Origin: Nemertoderma westbladi
Lineage: Eukaryota > Animalia > Xenacoelomorpha
Assembly (NCBI GenBank): GCA_032718475.1
Contig: JAUCBJ010000431.1
Location: 1 to 40,604, forward strand
Reading direction: 5' to 3'
DNA: 40,604 nucleotides
The position numbers and the translations under genes were made by a program. Each line of letters opens with the position of its first letter. Positions within the stretch are counted from its first letter, which is position 1. Shown here piece by piece: positions 20,855-32,979 of the stretch. The notes under the pieces were generated by a model that was given only the letters and a program-made list of their open reading frames with translations, was not told the origin of the DNA and did not search any database.

Positions 20855-23800
20855 TACACAGACCAAAAGTATGTCATATACTTTGCATGCGGACCCAAAG
20901 GATGTCATATACTTTGCACACGGACGCAAAGCATGTCAGATACATTGAAAACGGATGCAACGGATATCAGATATTTTGCACACGGATCCAAAGTATGTCA
21001 GATACATTGCACACGGACCCAAAGTATGTCATATACTTTGCACACGGGCCCCAAAGCATGTCAGATACATTGCACACGGGCCCAAAGCATGTCAGATACA
21101 TTGAAAACGGACCCAACGGATGTCAGATACTTTGTACACAGACCAAAAGTATGTCATATACTTTGCATGCGGACCCAAAGGATGTCATATACTTTGCACA
21201 CGGGTCCAAAGCATGTCAGATACTTTGTACTCGGACCCAAATGATGTCAGATACTTTGCACACGGACCCAAAGGATGTCATATACTTTGCACACGGGTCC
21301 AAAGCATGTCAGATACTTTGCACACGGACCCAAAGTATGTCATATACTTTGTACACGGACCCAAAGTATGTCATATACTTTGCACACGGGCCCAAAGTAT
21401 GTCATATACTTTGCACACGGGCCCAAAATATGTCAGATACTTTGCACACGGACCCAAAGTATGCCATTCGCTTTGCACACGAGCCCAAATGATGTCATAT
21501 ACTTTGCACACGGACGCAAAGCATGTCAGCTACATTGAACACGGATCCAACAGATATCAGATATTTTGCACACGGATCCAAAGGATGTCAGATACTTTGC
21601 ACACGGACCCAAAGTATGTCATATACTTTGCACACAGGCCCAAATGATGTCATATACTTTGCACACGGGCCCAAAGCATGTCAGATACATTGCACACGGG
21701 CCCAAAGCATGTCAGATACATTGAAAACGAACCCAACGGATGTCAAATACTTTGTACACAGACCAAAAGTATGTTATATACTTTGCACACGGACCCAAAT
21801 GATGTCATATACTTTGCACACGGGCCCAAAGTATGTCAGATACTTTGTACTCGGACTCAAAGGATGTCAGATACTTCGCACACGGGCCCAAAGTATGTCA
21901 TATACTTTGCACACGGACCCAAATGATGTCAGATACTTCGCACACGGGCCCAAAGTATGTCATATACTTTGTACACGGACCCAAATGATGTCAGATACTT
22001 CGCACACGGGCCCAAAGTATGTCATATACTTTGCACACGGACCCAAAGTATGTCATATACTTTGCACACGTGCCCAAAGTATGTCATATACTTTGTACTC
22101 GGACCCAAATGATGTCATATACTTTGCACACGGACCCAAAGTATGTCATATACTTTGTACTCGGACCCAAATGATGTCATATACTTTGCACACGGACCCA
22201 AAGTATGTCATATACTTTGTACATGGACCCAAAGTATGTCATATACTTTGCACACGGACCCAAAGTATGTCATATACTTTGTACTCGGACCCAAATGATG
22301 TCAGATACTTCGCACACGGGCCCAAAGTATGTCATATACTTTGCACACGGGCCCAAAGTATGTCAGATACTTTGCACACGGACCCAAAGTATGTCATATA
22401 CTTTGTACTCGGACCCAAATGATGTCATATACTTTGCACACGGACCCAACGGATGTCAGATACTTTGCACACGGACCCAACGGATGTCAGATACTTTGTA
22501 CACGGACCCAAAGTATGTCATATACTTTGTACTCGGACCCAAATGATGTCATATACTTTGCACACGGGCCCAAAGTATGTCATATACTTTGCACACGGAC
22601 CCAAAGTATGTCATATACTTTGTACTCGGACCCAAATGATGTCATATACTTTGCACACGGACCCAAAGTATGTCATATACTTTGCACACGGACCCAAAGT
22701 ATGTCATATACTTTGTACTCGGACCCAAATGATGTCATATACTTTGCACACGGACCCAAAGTATGTCATATACTTTGTACTCGGACCCAAAGTATGTAAG
22801 ATACTTTGCACACGGACCCAAAGTATGTCAGATACTTTGTACTCGGACCCAAATGATGTCATATACTTTGCACACGGACCCAAAGTATGTCATATACTTT
22901 GTACACGGACCCAAAGTATGTCATATACTTTGTACTCGGACCCAAATGATGTCATATACTTTGCACACGGACCCAAAGTATGTCATATACTTTGTACACG
23001 GACCCAAAGTATGTCATATACTTTGTACACGGACCCAAAGTATGTCATATACTTTGTACTCGGACCCAAATGATGTCATATACTTTGCACACGGACCCAA
23101 AGTATGTCATATACTTTGTACACGGACCCAAAGTATGTCATATACTTTGTACACGGACCCAAAGTATGTCATATACTTTGTACTCGGACCCAAATGATGT
23201 CATATACTTTGCACACGGACCCAAAGTATGTCATATACTTTGTACACGGACCCAAAGTATGTCATATACTTTGTACACGGACCCAAAGTATGTCATATAC
23301 TTTGTACTCGGACCCAAATGATGTCATATACTTTGCACACGGACCCAAAGTATGTCATATACTTTGTACACGGACCCAAAGTATGTCATATACTTTGTAC
23401 ACGGACCCAAAGTATGTCATATACTTTGTACTCGGACCCAAATGATGTCATATACTTTGCACACGGACCCAAAGTATGTCATATACTTTGTACACGGACC
23501 CAAAGTATGTCATATACTTTGCACACGGACCCAAAGTATGTCATATACTTTGTACACGGACCCAAAGTATGTCATATACTTTGTACTCGGACCCAAATGA
23601 TGTCATATACTTTGCACACGGACCCAAAGTATGTCATATACTTTGTACACGGACCCAAAGTATGTCATATACTTTGTACACGGACCCAAAGTATGTCATA
23701 TACTTTGTACTCGGACCCAAATGATGTCATATACTTTGCACACGGACCCAAAGTATGTCATATACTTTGTACACGGACCCAAAGTATGTCATATACTTTG

Positions 23801-26800
23801 TACACGGACCCAAAGTATGTCAGATACTTTGTACTCGGACCCAAAGTATGTCATATACTTTGTACACGGACCCAAAGTATGTCATATACTTTGCACACGG
23901 ACCCAAAGTATGTCATATACTTTGTACACGGACCCAAAGTATGTCATATACTTTGCACACGGACCCAAAGTATGTCATATACTTTGTACACGGACCCAAA
24001 GTATGTCATATACTTTGTACTCGGACCCAAATGATGTCATATACTTTGCACACGGACCCAAAGTATGTCATATACTTTGTACACGGACCCAAAGTATGTC
24101 ATATACTTTGTACACGGACCCAAAGTATGTCATATACTTTGTACTCGGACCCAAATGATGTCATATACTTTGCACACGGACCCAAAGTATGTCATATACT
24201 TTGTACACGGACCCAAAGTATGTCATATACTTTGTACACGGACCCAAAGTATGTCATATACTTTGTACACGGACCCAAAGTATGTCATATACTTTGTACA
24301 CGGACCCAAAGTATGTCATATACTTTGTACACGGACCCAAAGTATGTCATATACTTTGTACACGGACCCAAAGTATGTCATATACTTTGTACACGGACCC
24401 AAAGTATGTCATATACTTTGTACTCGGACCCAAATGATGTCATATACTTTGCACACGGACCCAAATGATGTCATATACTTTGCACACGGACCCAAAGTAT
24501 GTCATATACTTTGTACACGGACCCAAAGTATGTCATATACTTTGTACTCGGACCCAAATGATGTCATATACTTTGCACACGGACCCAAAGTATGTCATAT
24601 ACTTTGTACACGGACCCAAAGTATGTCATATACTTTGTACACGGACCCAAAGTATGTCATATACTTTGTACTCGGACCCAAATGATGTCATATACTTTGC
24701 ACACGGACCCAAAGTATGTCATATACTTTGTACACGGACCCAAAGTATGTCATATACTTTGTACACGGACCCAAAGTATGTCATATACTTTGTACACGGA
24801 CCCAAAGTATGTCATATACTTTGTACACGGACCCAAAGTATGTCATATACTTTGTACACGGACCCAAAGTATGTCATATACTTTGTACACGGACCCAAAG
24901 TATGTCATATACTTTGTACTCGGACCCAAATGATGTCATATACTTTGCACACGGACCCAAATGATGTCATATACTTTGCACACGGACCCAAAGTATGTCA
25001 TATACTTTGCACACGGACCCAAAGTATGTCATATACTTTGTACACGGACCCAAAGTATGTCATATACTTTGCACACGGACCCAAAGTATGTCATATACTT
25101 TGTACACGGACCCAAAGTATGTCATATACTTTGTACTCGGACCCAAATGATGTCATATACTTTGCACACGGACCCAAATGATGTCATATACTTTGCACAC
25201 GGACCCAAAGTATGTCATATACTTTGTACACGGACCCAAAGTATGTCATATACTTTGTACACGGACCCAAAGTATGTCATATACTTTGCACACGGACCCA
25301 AAGTATGTCATATACTTTGTACACGGACCCAAAGTATGTCATATACTTTGTACTCGGACCCAAATGATGTCATATACTTTGCACACGGACCCAAAGTATG
25401 TCATATACTTTGTACACGGACCCAAAGTATGTCATATACTTTGTACACGGACCCAAAGTATGTCATATACTTTGTACTCGGACCCAAATGATGTCATATA
25501 CTTTGCACACGGACCCAAAGTATGTCATATACTTTGTACACGGACCCAAAGTATGTCATATACTTTGTACACGGACCCAAAGTATGTCAGATACTTTGTA
25601 CTCGGACCCAAATGATGTCAGATACTTCGCACACGGGCCCAAAGTATGTCATATACTTTGCACACGGACCCAAAGTATGTCAGATACTTTGTACTCGGAC
25701 CCAAATGATGTCAGATACTTCGCACACGGGCCCAAAGTATGTCATATACTTTGTACACGGACCCAAAGGATGTCAGATACTTTGTACACAGACCAAAAGT
25801 ATGTCATATACTTTGTACTCGGACCCAAATGATGTCATATACTTTGCACACGGACCCAAAGTATGTCATATACTTTGTACACGGACCCAAAGTATGTCAT
25901 ATACTTTGCACACGGACCCAAAGTATGTCATATACTTTGCACACGGACCCAAAGTATGTCATATACTTTGTACACGGACCCAAAGTATGTCATATACTTT
26001 GTACACGGACCCAAAGTATGTCATATACTTTGCACACGGACCCAAAGTATGTCATATACTTTGTACTCGGACCCAAATGATGTCAGATACTTCGCACACG
26101 GGCCCAAAGTATGTCATATACTTTGCACACGGACCCAAAGTATGCCATTCGCTTTGCACACGAGCCCAAATGATGTCATATACTTTGCACACGGACCCAA
26201 AGTATGTCATATACTTTGTACACGGACCCAAAGTATGTCATATACTTTGCACACGGACCCAAAGTATGTCATATACTTTGTACTCGGACCCAAATGATGT
26301 CATATACTTTGTACACGGGCCCAAAGTATGTCATATACTTTGTACACGGACCCAAAGTATGTCATATACTTTGCACACGGACCCAAAGTATGTCATATAC
26401 TTTGTACTCGGACCCAAAGTATGTAAGATACTTTGCACACGGACCCAAAGTATGTCATATACTTTGCACACGGACCCAAAGTATGTCATATACTTTGCAC
26501 ACGGACCCAAAGTATGTCATATACTTTGTACTCGGACCCAAAGTATGTAAGATACTTTGCACACGGACCCAAAGTATGTCATATACTTTGCACACGGACC
26601 CAAAGTATGTCATATACTTTGCACACGGACCCAAAGTATGTCATATACTTTGCACACGGACCCAAAGTATGTCATATACTTTGTACTCGGACCCAAATGA
26701 TGTCAGATACTTCGCACACGGGCCCAAAGTATGTCATATACTTTGCACACGGGCCCAAAGTATGTCAGATACTTTGCACACGGACCCAAAGTATGTCATA

Positions 26801-27982
26801 TACTTTGTACTCGGACCCAAATGATGTCATATACTTCGCACACGGGCCCAAAGTATGTCATATACTTTGCACACGGACCCAAAGTATGCCATTCGCTTTG
26901 CACACGAGCCCAAATGATGTCATATACTTTGCACACGGACGCAAAGCATGTCAGATACATTGATATCGCATCCAACAGATATCAGATATTTTGCACACGG
27001 ATCCAAATGATGTCAGATACTTTGCACACGGACCCAAAGTATGTCATATACTTTGCACACGGGCCCAAAGCATGTCAGATACATTGCACACGGGCCCAAA
27101 GCATGTCAGATACATTGGAAACGGACCCAATGGATGTCAGATACTTTGTACACAGACCAAAAGTATGTCATATACTTTGCACACGTACCCAAAGGATGTG
27201 ATATACTTTGCACACGGGCCCAAAGCATGTCAGATACTTTGTACTCGGACTCAAAGGATGTCAGATACTTTGCACACGGACCCAAAGTATGTCATATACT
27301 TTGCACACGGGCCCAAAGTATGTCATATACTTTGAACACGGCACGGGCCCAAAGTATGTCAGATACTTTGCACACGGACCCAAAGTATGTCATATACTTT
27401 GTACACGGACCCAACGGATGTCAGATACTTTGCACACGGACCCAACGGATGTCAGATACTTTGTACACGGACCCAAAGTATGTCAGATACTTTGCACACG
27501 GACCCAAAGTATGTCATATACTTTGTACACGGACCCAAAGTATGTAAGATACTTTGCACACGGACCCAACGGATGTCAGATACTTTGCACACGGACCCAA
27601 CGGATGTCAGATACTTTGTACACGGACCCAAAGTATGTCAGATACTTTGCACACGGACCAAAAGTATGTCATATACTTTGTACACGGACCCAAAGTATGT
27701 AAGATACTTTGCACACGGACCCAAAGCATGTCAGATACATTCAACACGAACCCAAAGTATGTCAGATACTTTGCACACGGGCCCAACGGATGTCAGATAC
27801 TTTGTACACGGACCCAAAGTATGTCAGATACTTTGCACACGGACCCAAAGTATGTCATATACTTTGTACAGGGACCCAAAGTATGTAAGATACTTGACAC
27901 ACGGACGCAAATGTTGGCAGATATTTTGCAGACGGATCCAAAGGATATCAGATATTTTTTTTCGCACGGACCCAAAGGATAC
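20855..27982. repeat. 31-bp satellite, ~230 copies, consensus GGACCCAAAGTATGTCATATACTTTG(C/T)ACAC
   Basis: Direct reading; homogeneous centre with a 124-bp (4-mer) higher-order period and diverged edges. Confidence 0.98.
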
Positions 27983-28203
27983 CACCATTATTACATTCCA
28001 TGGTATTTACCTGCACTCGCCTTCGCCTACTGGCTATGAAATATTTTATTGCAAACATTGTTGCCTCAAATAAGTTGGAAGTTGCCCGTTGTATAATAGT
28101 TACATTATTGTATTTTAATTCATTTTCGCTGTTTATTTTTATACTTGTTGTTCGTTCATCATTCTGCAACATTCCGACCTACTGTTTTTAATTAAATATA
28201 CTT

Positions 28204-30610
28204 GACCCAATATACTACTGTAGCACTGAACCCACCGTCACCCCACTCTACTACGACCCAATATACTAGCACTGAACCCACCGTCACCCCACTCTACTAC
28301 GACCCAATATACTAGCACTGAACCCACCGTCACCCCACTCTACTACGACCCAATATACTAGCACTGAACCCACCGTCACCCCACTCTTCCACGACCCAAT
28401 ATACTAGCACTGAACCCACCGTCACCCCACTCTACTACGACCCAATATACTAGCACTGAACCCACCGTCACCCCACTCTACTACGACCCAATATACTAAC
28501 ACTGAACCCACCGTCACCCCACTCTACTACGACCCAATATACTACTGTAGCACTGAACCCACCGTCACCCCACTCTACTACGACCCAATATACTAGCACT
28601 GAACCCACCGTCACCCCACTCTACTACGACCCAATATACTAGCACTGAACCCACCGTCACCCCACTCTACTACGACCCAATATACTAACACTGAACCCAC
28701 CGTCACCCCACTCTACTACGACCCAATATACTAGCACTGAACCCACCGTCACCCCACTCTACTACGACCCAATATACTAGCACTGAACCCACCGTCACCC
28801 CACTCTTCCACGACCCAATATACTAGCACTGAACCCACCGTCACCCCACTCTACTACGACCCAATATACTAGCACTGAACCCACCGTCACCCCACTCTAC
28901 TACGACCCAATATACTAGCACTGAACCCACCGTCACCCCACTCTACTACGACCCAATATACTAGCACTGAACCCACCGTCACCCCACTCTACTACGACCC
29001 AATATACTAGCACTGAACCCACCGTCACCCCACTCTACTACGACCCAATATACTAGCACTGAACCCACCGTCACCCCACTCTACTACGACCCAATATACT
29101 AGCACTGAACCCACCGTCACCCCACTCTACTACGACCCAATATACTAGCACTGAACCCACCGTCACCCCACTCTACTACGACCCAATATACTAGCACTGA
29201 ACCCACCGTCACCCCACTCTACTACGACCCAATATACTAGCACTGAACCCACCGTCACCCCACTCTACTACGACCCAATATACTAGCACTGAACCCACCG
29301 TCACCCCGCTCTACTACAACCCAATATACTAGCACTTAACCCACCGTCACCCCACTCTACTACGACCCAATATACTAGCACTTAACCCACCGTCACCCCG
29401 CTCTACTACAACCCAATATACTAGCACTGAACCCTCCGTCACCCCACTCTACTACGACCCAATATACTAGCACTGAACCCACCGTCACCCCACTCTACTA
29501 CGACCCAATATACTAGCACTGAACCCACCGTCACCCCACTCTACTACGACCCAATATACTAGCACTGAACCCACCGTCACCCCACTCCACTACGACCCAA
29601 TATACTAGCACTGAACCCACCGTCACCCCACTCTACTACGACCCAATATACTAGCACTGAACCCACCGTCACCCCGCTCTACTACGACCCAATATACTAG
29701 CACTGAACCCACCGTCACCCCACTCTACTACGACCCAATATACTAGCACTGAACCCACCGTCACCCCGCTCTACTACGACCCAATATACTAGCACTGAAC
29801 CCACCGTCACCCCACTCTACTACGACCCAATATACTAGCACTGAACCCACCGTCACCCCACTCTACTACGACCCAATATACTAGCACTGAACCCACCGTC
29901 ACCCCACTCTACTACGACCCAATATACTAGCACTGAACCCACCGTCACCCCGCTCTACTACGACCCAATATACTAGCACTGAACCCACCGTCACCCCACT
30001 CTACTACGACCCAATATACCAGCACTGAACCCACCGTCACCCCACTCTACTACGACCCAATATACCAGCACTGAACCCACCGTCACCCCACTCTACTACG
30101 ACCCAATATACTAGCACTGAACCCACCGTCACCCCGCTCTACTACGACCCAATATACTAGCACTGAACCCACCGTCACCCCACTCTACTACGACCCAATA
30201 TACTAGCACTGAATCCTCCGTCACCCCACTCTACTACGACCCAATATACTAGCACTGAACCCACCGTCACCCCACTCTACTACGACCCACTATACTAGCA
30301 CTGAACCCACCGTCACCCCACTCTACTACGACCCAATATACTAGCACTGAACCCACCGTCGCCCCACTCTACTACGACACCCAATATACTAGCACTTAAC
30401 CCACCGTCACCCCGCTCTACTACGACCCAATATACTAGCACTTAACCCACCGTCACCCCACTCTACTACGACCCAATATACTAGCACTGAACCCACCGTC
30501 ATCCCACTCTACTACGACCCAATATACTAGCACTGAACCCACCGTCACCCCACTCTACTACGACCCAATATACTAGCACTAAACCCACCGTCACCCCACT
30601 CTACTACGAC
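28204..30610. repeat. 46-bp satellite, ~52 copies, GACCCAATATACTAGCACTGAACCCACCGTCACCCCACTCTACTAC
   Basis: Unit starts at 28255 and 28301; very homogeneous; C/A-rich + strand. Confidence 0.98.
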
Positions 30611-30676
30611 AATCACCCCACTACAACATCACCACACAATGTAACAAGGATTCTAGAACAGAACATATAGAACAGA

Positions 30677-30760
30677 GTTTTATGAGGTCATATAAATCTG
30701 ATACGATTAGCAAGATCCTCCGTCTGTCCGTCGGTCTGTCCGTCAGTCTGTCCATTTTCA
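30677..30760 (+). mobile_element. Possible DINE/Helentron-like 5' fragment with (GTCY)n microsatellite
   Basis: ccgtctgtccgtcggtctgtccgtcagtctgtcc about 40 bp after a T-run. Confidence 0.3.
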
Positions 30761-30777
30761 TTTATATCGCGGGTTAA

Positions 30778-31049
30778 CCCATTACGTACCAACACTTAAA
30801 AAAGGCGGCACACTGCCGCCTTTTTCATTCCAAATAATTCAGGGCCATGCTCAAAAAGTCGACAGTGTAGTGTGCCGCCTTTATATAATTATAACGTAAC
30901 CCCCAGGGCGGCATAGTGCCGCCTTTACATATATTATCCTGACCCCCATGGGGGGCAGAAAACCTCTTATATTTTTCTTAAAACTATTATTGGGGCGGAA
31001 AAATAGAGTTCATATTCGTGTTGGGCAGGAAAACCTGGTCTGCAAAGGG
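30778..31049. mobile_element. piggyBac-like MITE (~270 bp)
   Basis: TTAA|CCCATTACGTACC ... GGTCTGCAAAGGG|(T)TTAA with imperfect TIR (9/13); internal palindromes aaaggcggcacactgccgccttt and ggcggcatagtgccgcc. Confidence 0.5.
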
Positions 31050-31239
31050 TTTAAGAAATGCGCTAATACATTGTGCGTAAGATTTGGATAGTTATGGAGC
31101 GTTCATTATTGGGAGATAGTGTTACGCCTTTATCTGCCTTACAGGTAACAGCAGAGAGATAGAGACGGTGATGAGCCTTTGGGTTGCCTCCATGTTTCAT
31201 GTCCACTGATAACTTAATTTCTTTAAACATACTAATATA

Positions 31240-32087
31240 CACCATGACCCGTAATATAGTGTCATTTTCTGATGACACGGACCCCCCCCCCCCCCCCCCC
31301 CACAAATTTTTCTACAAATCTTTATCATATTGCTTGAAATTTGAAACACAACTAGTTCAACTCACCGTGGTTGTTACCATGAAGCCGGAATTTTCGATTT
31401 CGCCTTTAAATTTTATTTATGAGTGTTTTAAAAAAGTGTCTTTTGCAAAATCGCACCCTCTGTATCATTGCCATTCTTCAATTTAGTCGTAATAGAAAGT
31501 AATAGAAAGCTTGCGTTGAAAGGATTCCAAATATGTAACAATATCTGAATTTCATTGAGAAACAGCTGAGAAATAGGCGTTCAAAGATTGCAAGAATTAT
31601 TGTTCGCTGAAGGCCATTTATTCTATTTAATAAATACACAATATTCTAGAACGTGTTATTTATTTTATGAGTTGGTTGGCAACAGCGGTATTCCTAACAA
31701 TATCTATACTGCGTAGCTAATCATACATAAACAAATTGTTCCAGAATATTGTGTATTTATTAAATATAATAAATGGCCTGCAGTGAACAATAATTCTTGC
31801 AATCTTTGAATGCCTATTTCTCAGCTGTTTCTCAACGAAATTCAGTTCAATTGTTACATATTTGGAATCCTTTCAACGCAAGCTTTCTATTGATGTGAAA
31901 AAATAACGACAAAATTGAAGAATGGCAATGATACAGAGGGTGCGATTTCGCAAAAGACACTTTTTTAAAACGCTTATAAATAAAATTTAAAGGCGAAATC
32001 GAAATCCCGGCTTCATGGTAACAACCACGGTGAGTTGAACTAGTTGTGTTTCCAATTTCAAACAATATGATAAAGATTTGCAGAAAA

Positions 32088-32121
<34 letters not shown>

Positions 32122-32162
32122 CCGTGTCATCAGAAAATGACACTATATTACGGGTCATGGTG
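31240..32162. mobile_element. Foldback MITE with ~415-bp TIRs and TA target duplication (Tc1/mariner-like)
   Basis: TA|CACCATGACCCGTAATATAGTGTC ... GACACTATATTACGGGTCATGGTG|TA; arms ~31240-31655 and ~31737-32162; poly-C and poly-G tracts mirror each other. Confidence 0.9.
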
Positions 32163-32462
32163 TACATTCATATTAAATTTGTACATTACAGCGATAATTT
32201 ATAATTTTTGGATTGGAGAAATAAATGAGGTAATAATATCGAAATTAATATTGGCTAAACAAATAAATGAATTAAACCCAACAAGTAAGCAAGCAATTAA
32301 TGACAATAATATGATAGTGTTAGTGTTATTATCTTGGTATAGGGCCTATGAAACAGCAAGCAATGGTGAATCATGGCAGCAAAAGATTAAACAATTTTGA
32401 AAATTAAAAAGTAAATGTTACATAAAATTAAAATTATTTCTAAAAAACAAATCCCATTAACA

Positions 32463-32621
32463 AATTTGCAAAGGAGTTACATTAATTTGCAAAAGAGTTA
32501 CATTAATTTGCAAAGGAGTTACATTAATTTGCAAAGGAGTTACATTAATTTGCAAAGGAGCTACATTAATTTGCAAAGGAGTTACATTAACTTGCAAAGG
32601 AGTTACATTAATCTGCAAAGG
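32463..32621. repeat. 21-bp minisatellite AATTTGCAAAGGAGTTACATT, ~7.5 copies
   Basis: Direct reading. Confidence 0.95.
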
Positions 32622-32979
32622 CCATGATTTCAACATTTAAGTAACTCTTAAGAATTTTATTTTTAAAGATTCTAAGAATAAGATTCTAACCACTTAACGC
32701 CGAACAGCACATTTTTCATATTATTCCCAGTACAACTGTAGCCCAACACAGTCCCATTGATTTATTTAGTTTCTGTAGATACAAACGAACGACACACATT
32801 AACTCTATGTATGCGAAATATATATAGTTGCCAAATTAGGTGTAAATGGGCAAGCAGAAATGTTGCTTGGCAACGGTTTATAGAGATTATAACATTTCTA
32901 ACGTTGAAATCATTTTAAGTTAAATAATTTTGTAATAAATTATTAGCGGTCCTTTAGATTTTAATGAAATTGCGAGAGA

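Noticed and set aside
20887-28073. Dozens of overlapping ORFs with repeating MSYTLHTDPKYVIYF peptides
   Set aside because: Artefact of a stop-poor 31-bp satellite read through all three frames.
20855-30610. CRISPR-like appearance (31-46 bp partly palindromic repeats)
   Set aside because: Units are head-to-tail with no unique spacers, there are no cas genes, and the context is eukaryotic.
31063-32400. Poly-Pro/poly-Gly ORFs
   Set aside because: Derived from the homopolymer tracts in the foldback arms.
32415-32627. 70-aa ORF of INLQRSY repeats
   Set aside because: Translation of the 21-bp minisatellite.
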